From Vicugna vicugna (lineage: Eukaryota): DNA of 64,000 bases. Each line of letters begins with the position of its first letter. Position 1 is the first letter of the stretch. Positions 25,291 to 37,439 of the stretch are shown here, piece after piece. Position numbers and translations under genes: made by a program. The stretch covers positions 3,593,319 to 3,657,318 of the forward strand of contig MU061579.1 of the NCBI GenBank assembly GCA_013265495.1. The letters are read 5' to 3'. The notes under the pieces were generated by a model. It had not been told where the DNA came from. It saw only the letters and a list, made by a program, of their open reading frames with translations, and made no database searches.

Positions 25291-25653
25291 TGAAATCCAC
25301 TTGGTAAGTTCTGATGTAGGTAAAATACACAAAGCTTTTGGTCAATATTAACTTATGATATTTATTAAGAAATCATTAGTATTCTAATCTTTTAAAGTAG
25401 ATGTCCCATAAAGAGCTACCAATTTCAAATTAGACAGTAAAGTACCACCTTGAGGCTATGTCTTAGATAAAGCCTCCAATGGGGAGTAACACTTGACTTA
25501 TCTGAATTGCACCTGAACAGCTCGGAGACTTCCCATAGTTAAGCAACTGTAACAGCTTGCAGACCTCCTGCATAAAATAAAATAAAATATCCAGAGTGCT
25601 GTAAAAAACTGAAATGCTGTTAAGTCTGTGAACTTCTTCCTATTTCTGTTTTA

Positions 25654-25786
25654 TTTATACTGTTTATAAAAGTAAATTACTTGTTTGAAGTACTACTCTT
25701 GAAGCTGCCTGGATCTCTATGGGGAAGTACTCCTGTGAATCCTCTTTTATTGGTAGTGGTTGATCTTTGGCTCCTGGATGAGATCT
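25654..25786. repeat. Diverged ~130-bp direct repeat, copy A
   Basis: Aligns by eye at roughly 75-80% identity to 26977-27104. Confidence 0.85.
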
Positions 25787-26517
25787 GCAAGGTTAAAAGC
25801 TTTGCTTTCTAAGGGGAGAGTCAATCTGATTTGAGAATAGAGAGAGACCTTCTAGTTGGAATCAAACCTGATGGAAATTACCTCTTTTAAAGCTGACTCC
25901 AAATAATATACCCAGGGCAGTTGAATTTCTGTAAATGGCTGGAAAATGTTGCCCTTTATGTTTCAGCTCCAAAGAACAATTACGAAGATAACATCTAACA
26001 GGAGTTTGGAACCATTCTGCCATTAAGAAGAAAGTTTACTTCTTTTCTTTCTCCCCACTGCCTCCCCCAACCCCCTCCCTTTCAGTTTTGGTTAAGAAAT
26101 AAAAATGCTGTTTATTCTGTTAAGTTTTATTAATTCAGGAAAGTAATTAATTTAAAATTTAGGAATAATTTTGCTGTATCCGTTTCTCTTACATGCGAAT
26201 AGATAACATATTTTCTAATTATCATTTTAGTTGGGTCATCAGAAACAAAAATGACATATTTTCTCCTAGTTAACGTAACTGATATTTATGCCTTTAGTAA
26301 TTCTGAAACAGTAACAACAGTAGTTTTTAGCCTTGCTGGAAGATCCTTTTGAGAACTGGATATAAGCTATGATTATTTCTTCCAGGGGGAAAAGGTACAC
26401 TTGAAATCCAATCTGATGAGTTACCAAGCCCTCAGATAAAGAAATGAGGATTGGGAGGGTGGAGAGAGGGAGCAGCACTAACTTAATTCACTATAATCTC
26501 TCTTTTTCTGATAGAAG

Positions 26518-26600
26518 ATGGATAGAAAGATAGACAGATAGATAGATAGAGACAGACACACAGACAAACACACAGATACACAGATAGATAGATAATCCAT
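26518..26600. repeat. Compound (GATA)n/(CA)n microsatellite
   Basis: Read directly from the sequence. Confidence 0.85.
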
Positions 26601-26976
26601 GCACACATACATACATGCCCTCCACATTCACAACTTTTTCCTAATTAACATTTACTATGCTAATTATAAACACAGCAGTAAGATGTCCCAGGCCACCTGA
26701 GTGATCAAGTTTAAATAACAGAATTCAACACCTTCAGCCAATCATCAGTGTAAGTGGGTCTTGTGAAATTAATAATTCTAATGGCAAAATTCTCTTCCAT
26801 CTGACCAAATTTCTAAAATGTTTTTACTTATGTGTGTATATCATGTATGCATATCCTGTTTTATTCCACAAAGATTCAATGCTATTAGAGAAAAAAAATA
26901 CATCTTGAAAATTTTTAAATGCACAAATTCCCACATATTTCAAGAAAAAAATATTTACCAGTTATATCTTTGCAAA

Positions 26977-27104
26977 TTTGTACTGTGTATAATGGGAAAT
27001 TATTTGTTGAAGTACTACCTCTACAAGCAGCCTGATTCTCTCTGGGAAGTACTCTTGTTAGTTCTCTTTTATTGAAAGTAGTTAAACTTTAGCTGGAAGG
27101 ATCT
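26977..27104. repeat. Diverged ~130-bp direct repeat, copy B
   Basis: Shares TTGAAGTACTAC, GCCTG, GGGAAGTACTC and CTCTTTTATTG blocks with copy A. Confidence 0.85.
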
Positions 27105-28559
27105 CAATTAGAGGTGATCTTAGAAATAGAGGCAAGTGTAAGGCACACTGGGAACAAGAAGGAAGGGACAGTGTTATAGATTCTTATCAGCCAGATGTTT
27201 TGCATAGCTAAGCATCACCCTCAAATGTTATCTGTGTGAGTAACACACATACATGGGTTAGGCCACCTTACACTCTCCCTGCTTCTGTGTTTACAGGCTT
27301 TTTCTTATTCCTTGCCTTCTTTTTCCAACTCTGAATTTCCACCTAATCAAATTCTAATTTTTACTGATCTCAGCTCAGTTTGGAACACTCAGTGAAGACT
27401 TTCCCTACCAACTCAAAACTCAGCTCATATTTTTCAACTTCTTTTCTATATTGTCAAATAACAGTTTGAAAATGTATTTCTTTACACCTAAGGACATGTT
27501 TTAACATATTTTAAAATATAGTTTCTGAGTGTAAACCTTGTTTATTCAATGGTACTCTAATAATTAATAGAGATTATGAGCAACATTTGCTTTATAACAG
27601 TAACTTTGGAAGAAAGTAAGGGGTTCCAGTCGGATCCTAGGACTCAGCTACTGCTACCAACTATGAAAACCTATGAAATCAAATTCTTATTTCTAGTATC
27701 TGTAGTGAGGATCCAATTGGGAAAAAAATAAATGAACTAATTTTTCATTTAAACAATAAATTTCTATTTAAATTTTTATATTCAATGTAAACTCAAGTAC
27801 CAATTGTATGTCCCAATACAAAGTCTTGATTGGAATTTGACCTATGCTCTAGAGGTATATTCTTCACAAATTGTTTTGTCTTTAATGTTATTGAAAGGTA
27901 TATCAAAATACCTTACTTTTTAAAAAAACATACAGATATTTTTGAGAAATGCAAAATGTGAATTCAACGTATTATAAAGCAAAAATGAAAGGAATAATAA
28001 GTTAGGTGTAGGTATCTATAAAAATCATTCTTTAGAGAAAAGCTCAAATACTAGAACTTACTTAAAGAAAAAATAATGGATGATGTATTGAAAAGGAGGT
28101 GTAGAATACAGAGTTTCAGAGATCTATTCAAATAACTTTGGTGAAACATTCATCTTTAAATAATGATTTGGAGAAATCTTCTGTGATAAATGACTTGTCT
28201 GGCCTCCTATACATGATTGGTATAAAGATTCCTATTGTTTACAAACTCAATGTCTCAGGTAAAACATATAAACTTTATCACAGCCTCCAAAAATTAAAAA
28301 TAAGTAAAAATATTTCTCAGAATAAGTACAAGCATGTATTTCTTATTAAGGTGAGTAACAGTCAGCTCTTTCAGAGGTGGCAGAGATGGTGCATAATAAC
28401 CTTCTACCAGAGCTACCGTATTTCTAGAAATCATCTCCTTTCAACTCCCCCCCATGGTGCCAAAGAGTTATGTTTGTTCAATTAAAGTTATTTCCTAAAC
28501 AAATCTGACCATATTTACCTGCTTCACCCACGTCCTGGCCACTATCCACAGATACTTTA

Positions 28560-28918
28560 AGAGTGTTCCCACCACAATTTCACTTTCTTTCTGACTCCAT
28601 TCCCTCTCACCTTCTCCAGAACCTCCTCCTTCAAATATACCTTTTCTCTTACCTTTCCCAGAGCCACTTTCCATTTTTTATTTATTCCTTTCAATCTAAA
28701 TACATGCTTGTTTCACCTGTTAAAAAGAAAGAAAAAAAAATCTACTCTTGATTGTCCTTCAGCAGTAGCTACTATATCTTTTTTTTTCTTTCTCTTCAGT
28801 ATTAGACTTCTTGAAATAGCAGTATTTATACTATACAGGGTTTTCTCCTTCCTTCCTTCCTTTCTCTCCCTTTCTTTCTTCCTTTCTCTCCTTTCCTTTC
28901 TTTTTCTTTCTTTTCTTT

Positions 28919-28966
<48 letters not shown>

Positions 28967-29240
28967 GTATTCATTACCCCTGTGAAATATGGCTTACACT
29001 TCTCATTATACTTAGCTATAAAATATTGAGAATCACATCATAATTGCAAATTTAATACACACTCTCATCTGACATTACCTTTTAAACAATTAATCAATTA
29101 GGCCAGTCTCTTAGTCTTAAAACTCTTTTGACTTGAGCATCATAGGTCTTCCACTCCTTCAATTTTCTGCTACTTTGCAGTCCCTAATATTACTATTCCC
29201 AAATACTCTCATTTTAATTCTGTCGTCTTATCCCTAAGTG
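28560..29240 (+). mobile_element. Degraded L2 LINE containing a (TTTC)n expansion
   Basis: CCATTCCCTCTCACCTTCTCCAGAACCTCCTCCTTCAAAT... is L2-like and parallels 51290-52000. Confidence 0.55.
28847..28965. repeat. (TTCC)n/(TTTC)n microsatellite
   Basis: Read directly; produces the F/L/S-rich ORF 28708-29043. Confidence 0.95.
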
Positions 29241-29298
29241 GCTATGTATTCTTTATTGATCTGTGTTAGTTTAATCATACAATTTATCTATTAAGTTC

Positions 29299-29511
29299 TT
29301 TTTTTATCTATTTTCTAAGTGAAGGATAGTTTATTTATAATACATTAGTTTCAGGTATACAACATAGTGTTTCAATATTTTTATACAATGGTCTCTCTGT
29401 TCTATTTTTTGGCCAGGATCATACTGTTTTGATTACCATAGCTTTGTAGTATAGTTTGAATTCAGGGAGTGTGATACTTTCAGCTTTGTTCTTTCTCAAA
29501 ATTGCTTTGGC
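29299..29511 (-). mobile_element. L1 fragment: 3' terminus joined to an ORF2 piece
   Basis: Minus strand of 29390-29511 translates [36 protein letters not shown], matching L1 ORF2; fused to about 90 bp of L1 3' end and a T-tract. Confidence 0.85.
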
Positions 29512-30699
29512 AAATAAGTGTATCTCTCTAGTACTTTCATTTCCATAACCTGGTCCTTTCTACATTCTCATTGGTTATTTTTTTTAAAATGCATTTACTT
29601 ATTTCAGTCACCTACAAAAACCTTTGTAACTTAATAGGGTTTAGTTTACTAAACAACTTATCAGAGTGATGAATGTATTATTATATTGGTGTTAGATTTT
29701 CCTTGTTTTTTTCTTCCAGAAATTTTAACAAATACTTCTCTTTAAAGTTAATTAAAAATATAGTATCTTCATGGATATTTTCTTGATTTAATAGGGATAA
29801 GAATTGGATTTTTTTAATTGGTATTTAATATGAATTTAACTGTTTACAGTTGTAAGTTTAAAATATGAGATAGCACAATTGTTGACTATATTGTACATTA
29901 TATCTGGTTAAACCATAAGAGGTTATTTGTTAATGATAATTGCAGAGAAGTTGATAATAATCATGGTAAATCACTGATGAAGTCATGTTCTTGTCTCTAT
30001 AATAGCATCAGTTAACTATTCCACATTAAGTAAAAATTAAGTAACATTTAAATTATTTGGCATTTAATAAATGAACTTTCATAATATTTACATATTCTTA
30101 ATTATTTTCAGAGAATGTTACTATAATTTTGGTGATGTATAGGAAATAAGATATTTATTTCAAATTAAAATTCTCAATTACATCAGTAGTGGCAAGAATG
30201 ACTTTCTTTAGAGCACATTCATTGCCTTTGCCCGAATCTTCACCTGCATATGCCCCATCTTACAGATCTTCATTTTATCCCCTGAAATGTGTAATGAGAA
30301 GGTAATTCACCCTTAATGAAATGCCAGGAAGTGTATACCAGAAAGTATTATGAAGAAAAAAAGTGTCATTTCAAGTGACTAACAGTAGGGAACTTCTAAC
30401 TCTCAGGTAAATCAGAAAATATGCAAATTGCCTCTTTAAATCCTTTTCTTGTAAAATGAATAGTAAATGTCAGTATAACCTTGTACTTGGAGAAAAAATG
30501 ATACAGGGATAAAGTGTTCAGTTGTAGGGCAAACTCATTTTGAAACATTTCAGAGTATATCAGCATGGTGGCTTAAAAAAATACCAGGTGATACTTAGCT
30601 CTGAATGAATCATTGAGTACATTAATAAAAGGGAGACAAAATAATATACAGGCTTAAATGTGATTATATTTTTTTCTTTCTGCAAATAAGAGTTAAATT

Positions 30700-30895
30700 G
30701 TTGAGGAGTGGAAGTAACCTTTGGAGTCAGACAAATATGGTTTGCAACCCTATTTCTACCTTTCATTAGTCATGTTATTATGAGTTAAATATTTCAACTC
30801 AGAGACTCAGTTTAACTAGAAAATATGCATAATAACACCTACCTTTCAGAACTATATGAGAATTAGATGTTATATATACAAAATATGTGCATGTA
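30700..30895 (+). mobile_element. MIR
   Basis: CTTTGGAGTCAGACAAATATGGTTTGCAACCCT...GAGACTCAGTTT...ATAATAACACCTACCTTTCAGAACTATATGAGAATTAGATG. Confidence 0.75.
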
Positions 30896-33439
30896 GATCC
30901 TCTAAAACTTTTTATTATTTGGTTCACAGTAATTTCAAAAACATTTGCTAGTAAAAATACTTTTTAAAGAATAATGTAAGAGTAACACAAACCTGACAAA
31001 GGCAAGGGTCACTATTTGAAAGCACAAAGGTGTATGTACATTGAGCATGTGTGGTTAAATAACAGTTTTGCCTTAGGGTATTAGGAAAAACCATCCATAC
31101 TGCTAGCATTTATCTTGAAACAGATTGCATATTGTGATGTAACTGACTGTTTGAGGAACTATGAAATGCCTGTTCAATCTATCCATAGCTACTTGGCATG
31201 AAACAAGAAGGTTTTAACAGGAAAAAAGTATTTCACAAAGGAAATTCACATTGTTTATAATATTCTTACAAAATTGGATTAAACTCTAATACAGACTTTG
31301 TCACGGGTTTAAGGAATACATCATTTCATGGACTAGCATATGGGGAATCTAAGATAACTATAAACCCAGGCTAGCCTATAGCAATCTTGTCAGATACCTG
31401 TGGGGTCCTTCTGTGCCCCTACCATACCCACCCACAGTATAAATTATGAATATAAGGAACTGAAGAATTCTAGTGGCCAGTAAAATCTAAGATGACCTTA
31501 TTGAATATATTCATCCACATTCTTTTATGTCATGGTCAGTTAGGGATAAAATATAACACACAGGATTCACATGCTCTAGTCAAGAAGTCAAAATGTGCAG
31601 ACTTGAAAAGGCTGATTTTGAGTGCTAAGGGTAAATGCAAGCTTGTTTTGCATATGTGTGGGTGCAGGTGGTGTGGTAGGCGACTTTGATGTTACATATA
31701 TGTAAAGGAAATTAAAGAGATCCTTTAAAGTCCTCCTCAGACTGTGATGTGCTTTGGGAAGTGGGATCCAGTATCCAGGATACTGGATGTTACTAGAAGA
31801 TCAGAAGAAAAAAGGTGAGGTTGGGGAAGTGTTGGGTTAAACAGACTGGGTGGTAGATAATTAAAGGAAGGAGCTCTGGCTTCAATGAGAGAGAAATGTA
31901 CTTAAAAACAAACATATAACTGAAGAATTCAAGGCTAGAAAGAGAATGAAAACTATAAAACGATATGGGGGGAGTGATCTCTTACTTAAAATTCCTGGAG
32001 AACAAGCAACATCTGCTAAATTTTCTAACAATCATACTACTTATTCAAAGAAATAATTTCCTGTGCTTATAGCCATGTAAAAGATACCTTAATACTACTT
32101 GCTTAGGCAAAGAGAAATATGCATCTTATGAATAAAGCATAATTTAATTATTGGTATATGAGTTTGAATTCACAGGTGCTGAAGAACTAACTTGAAGACG
32201 GAAAAAAAAGTGCCTATGTCTAATCTTTCACTATATCAATATAGGGCTTCTAGATTAATTTTGTACTTGAATGACCCAGTAAATTGTGACTCAGAATGAA
32301 ATTATAAGAGCTTGGCAAATTGTGGCTCAGAAAGAAAGAAAGAAAAAAGAACGAAATGCTGCTCATAGCATTGGCAAATTATAAGAGATTAATAGCTCAG
32401 TGCAACTTAGAATAAATTAACCGAAATTGTGGCAGAAAGCTAATGTAAATTTCAATAATTTTGAAAAAAGTCTTTATCTTTGCCCTTAATTCATTATGTG
32501 GGGATCAATAAACTTATCTATAGTTTTGTGTATTATTATGAACTGCCACAGATGAAGAATAATACAACATCTACGCAAAGGAATTACATTTGGGTTGCTA
32601 CAGTATTTTCTATGTTGACTTTTTCTGTGTTGACTTGGGAGTGCAGTCACCATGGAATGCAAAAACGTAGATATAAAATATATCACATAAGAGAAATTTG
32701 GACTTTTGCACTCAAAAGCAATTGAGCGTTACAATTTTGCTTGTGGATTTAGCTATGAAAAGTTATATAGCAAATCATTTAAATTGGTTTTAATCTATTT
32801 TGTACAATATTGTGACCACATGGGTTGTGATCTTAATATGAAGTTGGCGTAGGTAAATTTATGGTTGAATAAACATTCTAGAGCTGGAATTTCTGAGGCT
32901 GTGGATCATCACACTGCTGAAGAAATGGAGCATGCACAGTGATACCTGTCATATGAAAGTTGTTCACTGGGACACAGATTTGTACTCTAATTTCTGACCT
33001 AACAGTTGACACTGTGGTCACATTAACAAAGTATTTGGATACAATGGCATTCTGGATTACTTTTTGCATGTTTTATAGTTAATTGAAATAGTGCTTGTGT
33101 GATTGTTAAAGATGATCGATTTTTCTTGTTATTCAAGAAACAGTAATGGAAATAGTATGTTGTATGTGATGGCATGTGGTATGTCATATGAAAGAGAAGT
33201 GAGGCTGGAAGCTAGGACAATAAAGGAAAAGTAAAGAGAGAGATCATCAAAGAGGTAGACGATAAAAGTTGTATAAATTGGGGGGGAGGATAATCTTAGA
33301 CTTTAGAAAACTGGTAGCATAAAGTAGAAAGCAGTAAGCAGTGCATTAGAATGTTCCATATGGCAGTAAAATGGTAGCAACTATGTTCAAAATTGCCTAA
33401 TGTCTCAGATACTGTATCACTCATATGATGGTCCTAAAC

Positions 33440-33720
33440 AGACCATCTTTGTCTGCAACTGGTTCTCCTCTATGTGGTAATGCATGGACAACAGGTATTT
33501 TCATCTTGAATAGAAATCATCCTTTAGAGCTTTGTTATCAGTATCCAGACTACAGAAGGGAAAATAATGTGTGAAGGAGTGGCATCTGCTTCTTAAATAC
33601 TTTCTCCAGGAAAAAGCACACCACTGTCCTCAGATTCCAGTGGTAGAATCTGGTGTGTGATCATACCTCACTGCAAGAGAGGCTGGACATGTGACTGAAA
33701 GCTCCAGGACACAACTGGAT
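33440..33720 (-). mobile_element. Old MaLR LTR fragment, MLT1J/K-like
   Basis: CAGATTCCAGTGGTAGAATCTGG...ATACCTCACTGCAAGAGAGGCTGG block typical of reverse-strand MLT1. Confidence 0.55.
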
Positions 33721-33889
33721 GGATTACTGGTGAAAGTCAAGCACTTTAAGCTGCAGCGACATGAAAAGTGCACATGCCTTGAAGATATTACAAGGGTAAA
33801 ACTGTGTTGATGAAGATGAGGCATACCTCTACAAATGCAGGACATCTTTCTGATACGAATTTGACAATTTAAGAAATAACACTGATTAG

Positions 33890-34030
33890 AAACAAGATTG
33901 GATTTGGAGTCTGACTACCTAAGTTCATATCCAGACTGCTTAAATCATTGCTCACTTTTATAGGTCTCAGTGCATGAACGTAACAGAAAAGCTTTTCATA
34001 TCTGAGAGTTGTTTTCCAAATCAAAACATT
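33890..34030 (+). mobile_element. MIR fragment
   Basis: GGATTTGGAGTCTGACTACCTAAGTTCATATCCAGACT. Confidence 0.55.
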
Positions 34031-34699
34031 CATAAATGCCAGTGCTTGTTTTTCTTTAAACAAAAGACTGATATATAATTGGAAAGTCTTAATGAAACTG
34101 AGATTAGTTTAAAAAAGAAAAAAGAAAAAAAGGATTCTTCCTGTCCCTGGAAAACCAGTATCTTCTAAAAAATGGCCCTGAAATAGTCCTGCTTGAAATG
34201 GATAAATCTGAATCAGTAAAATTTGCCTTATGGTAACATGTTCTCTGAGTGTCAGACGTTTAACCAGTAGCATGTGGAATGATACAGCCTTAAGACCTTC
34301 TCTTTGCCTATTTACCCCTGTGCCCATAATTCAGGTCTTTATACTATTCCTCATGAATGAAGCCCAGGGCCTTCTGGGGAGTAGCAAGTCCTGGATTTAG
34401 GACAGGGAAGAGGGTGTGCCTGGGACATCCTAATAATTCTGGAAGGCAATGTTGCTCTAACACAATTTTTTTTTTTAAAGAGATGAATGAGTAAAACTCA
34501 ATCTGAGGAAAGAGATTTGAAATGTGGTGAATTAGCCAGGTCTGAAGTGAAAAATGAGGTTCAATGATACGTGCATGGAATATAAGATCCATTGAGATCA
34601 AACTGAGGTCCATGTCAGTTAGAACTCATGCTAATAATTTATGTAAAATGAGATGCATCGTAATATAGAAGTTGCATGTGAAAGTATGTCTGTGTGTTT

Positions 34700-35065
34700 A
34701 GTATTAAGTAAAGATTGTGAGAACAATGATACTGTCTGTAACAAAACAGGCTCCAGAACACATAAAGGTGAGATGAGGGGAGAAGGAGTTTTACTCCATG
34801 CAGCCCCTGGGATTTAGGCTGACTGATCATCTTCGATACATGGCTTCCAAGACTGCCCTAGAGTTCATCTCCATCTCAGTCCATGAGAATGGTAAACAAA
34901 TGATGGAAGAGCACACAGGGGAAGCTTTTAGGATACATTCCAAGCAGTGGTAGATGTGACTTCTCCCATCCCATTGACTGTAACATCGCAAGGGAGGCTG
35001 GAAAATATAGACTGACTTTGTGACCAGGAAGAGGACAGCATTAACAGCTAACAACCTCTGCCACA
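34700..35065 (-). mobile_element. Old MaLR LTR, MLT1J/K-like
   Basis: CATCCCATTGACTG...CGCAAGGGAGGCTGGAAAATATAG...CCAGGAAGAGG...CTCTGCCACA terminus. Confidence 0.65.
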
Positions 35066-36284
35066 TAATGATGTGTATAATTGTAATAATGATAATAATA
35101 ATAAAATGCTTATTTGGTTTACACTAGAGAGAAAATTAAATATATGTTATTGCTAATTATGGTATAAAGACAATGAATAATGATTATTTGTGGATTTGGA
35201 AATAACATTTATGGTTATAACTCCACAGTTAATGTATCCAATTTATGAGGAGTATGAGATGTGAGATAGAGTTTTTTAGGAAAAGAAGGAAAAATTAAAG
35301 GCTTTAAAAAATTAAGCTGAATATTTCAGACTATACTGACCCAAGACGAAGCAATTTCTGAAAGCAAAGTTACATATTTTTTTATCCAACAGACACAGGT
35401 TAATTGTAATGAGAGAATTTCAGATTGGCAGTTTACTGGAGAGCAGACAGTGTCTTGATATGGGAAGAATGAGGGTGCAGGTAGTAGACGGTCGCCAGAC
35501 TGAAGGGATGTGGATAGCTCATTAAAATGTGAAAGCATAAACTTGCAAGATCCATTTTACTGAAAACTCTACTGATCTTTCATCCTTGTGTTTTTCTGTT
35601 ATTATTTTATCTTAGAACATGGAAGTTTAGGAAGGAAATACGCTTTAAATAAATACCTGCAGCGTCTACACTTCAACCATGTCTCTCATCATTGCTGCTT
35701 TTACAGGATTTGGGGGTTTACAGAATGCCTGGGAACGATGCTTAAATATATGCATCTGATTAATCATGAAAATATATTCCGAAGTATTCTATTCATTCTT
35801 TTTCTTCACATTCTCTGCTCCTCCTTCAGTCTGGCAGCATAATCCCTGGATCCCTGTCAACTAACCCTGTCATAACTTGTTTTTACCTGCACACATTTGT
35901 GTTGATTACTGAGTTCTCCTGTATTCCTAATTAGACTGCAACTGCCTTTAGGGAAAGAAATACATTTCCATGTTAATGGATAGTCCAACTATACAGTAAA
36001 ATACTGTGACTTCTCAATCATTCCTCTTTATTCTGACTGATTTTTGATAGTTTGTACTGTCCTATTATTGACTCAGATTTTGGTGTGATGTCTCTAAAGC
36101 TATCTCACTTTATTTTATCTGAAAAGTGGGGAAAATATCAATCTCTTGTCCTAATAATATTTACATGTGTTCCTAATAAAATGAAAATGAAGGAAAAATC
36201 TAATAAAATAAATAATTATAGAAATGAATCATAGTAAATATTATAACTAAAGGTACTTCATCCTGGATACTGTTTTTTGATATC

Positions 36285-36398
36285 TTAATTTTTCTTTTTG
36301 TTTCACTGAAAAGGAAAGATGATGCTCAGTTTTAAACGTTAAAAGTGTACAAGTTGCTTTGTTACAATGCAACTAAATGTGTACACACACACACACAA
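36285..36398 (+). pseudogene. SET: 5'-truncated processed retrocopy of an mRNA 3'UTR end, most likely SET
   Basis: TTTTCTTTTTGTTTCACTGAAAAGGAAAGATGATGCTCAGTTTTAAACGTTAAAAGTGTACAAGTTGCTTTGTTACAAT..AACTAAATGTGTACACA matches my recollection of the mammalian SET 3'UTR up to its proximal polyA signal; similarity ends in a (CA)n tail. Gene identity is from memory, not a search. Confidence 0.7.
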
Positions 36399-36404
36399 TG
36401 CTTA

Positions 36405-36553
36405 AGATGCTTCTCTTTTCCTGAATCCAGCTGGAAGCCTACTAGAAAGGGAGCCCAGGTGATGACTCTGTGAGATCAGCCCCTGGGGTATAGAACAGGA
36501 TAAAGGAGAACTGAGAATGAGCACCGAAGAAGCAAATTAAGAATAACAAGCTC
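36405..36553 (-). mobile_element. 5' portion of an ERVL LTR, LTR41-like
   Basis: CTGGAAGCCTACTAGAAAGGGAGCCCAGGTGATG...GATCAGCCCCTGGGGTATAGAACAGG...GCAAATTAAGAATAACAAGCTCA resembles the reverse complement of the LTR41 start. Confidence 0.6.
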
Positions 36554-37140
36554 AGTACACTCCTTTTGACCATTCAGAACGCATTCTTTCCCTTTGTAAA
36601 GACATGCTCATTGCTAATCCAAGAAAAACAAACTCTTATCAGCTACCGTATCATTAATGTCAATTAACTCAAATATCTACCTGGAATTAATACTGCAAAA
36701 TTAGTCATAGGTAGAAGAAAAGAAGTGGGGAAATCAATTAAAATAAAGTGCAGAGAGCTGCTATAATTCTGGCTTTAGTAATTGGTCTCAAGCCTAAGGT
36801 TGATTATCATAATTTCCTTCCTCTACTACCAATTCTCTCTTCCCATTACCATCTGCCATGAAATAGAGCTCTTTACCTGAGGAAACAATCTAAACTTTTC
36901 TTCTCAAACTCAACCATTAGTTTTCTTGCTTTTATAAAGAAGTGTTCCTTTGTCTTCCATGATTTTACACGGAACTTCAAAGGAAACTCTCATTACCAAA
37001 CATAATTCCCATTCCCACGCTGCATAGCAACACGTCTTGGCTAATATGTATCAGAATAAAATCTAAAATTCTCCATGGATCTCTGAAGTTCCTGAAAGTC
37101 CTGTGAAACAGAGGCACTAAATGTTCTTTGTTGTGGCTAC
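36554..37140 (-). mobile_element. Degraded ERVL internal sequence next to the LTR
   Basis: Minus-strand purine tract AAAAGGAGTGTAC abuts the LTR start (PPT position); 36995-37065 resembles ERVL-int 3' sequence. Confidence 0.45.
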
Positions 37141-37439
37141 CTTTTTAAGAGTGTTGATATAGTGAACAACCTTGGAATTTAAAGATAGTATCTTCATTCA
37201 AAGTAAATGGCAAGTTTGCTTGCTGTCTTGGGATGCAAATCACTACACAAAGCACATCTGCCTGGGAACCACTGTTTTGTAACCACGTGTCCCAAATCAT
37301 GTCTCTAATCATAAGAATCATATTCATCTTGTTCCAAAATGTCCTTTCCATTTTCCTAGCATTATCATCCTAATTTTTCTTTGTTGGTGAATATTTTAAT
37401 CATATGACCAAGTTAGAAACTTCAATGTCGTCAGAAATA

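Noticed and set aside
25686..25735. pre-miRNA hairpin formed by the paired AGTACT motifs in the duplicated blocks
   Set aside because: The stem is only about 10 bp with mismatches and does not extend outward
28343..28357. Strong splice donor AAG|GTGAGT (also TAG|GTGAGT near 2001)
   Set aside because: No paired acceptor with a credible coding frame; such motifs are expected by chance
32281..32439. CRISPR-like repeat-spacer interpretation of the interleaved motifs
   Set aside because: Mammalian context, irregular 12-16 bp repeats, no uniform spacers and no cas genes
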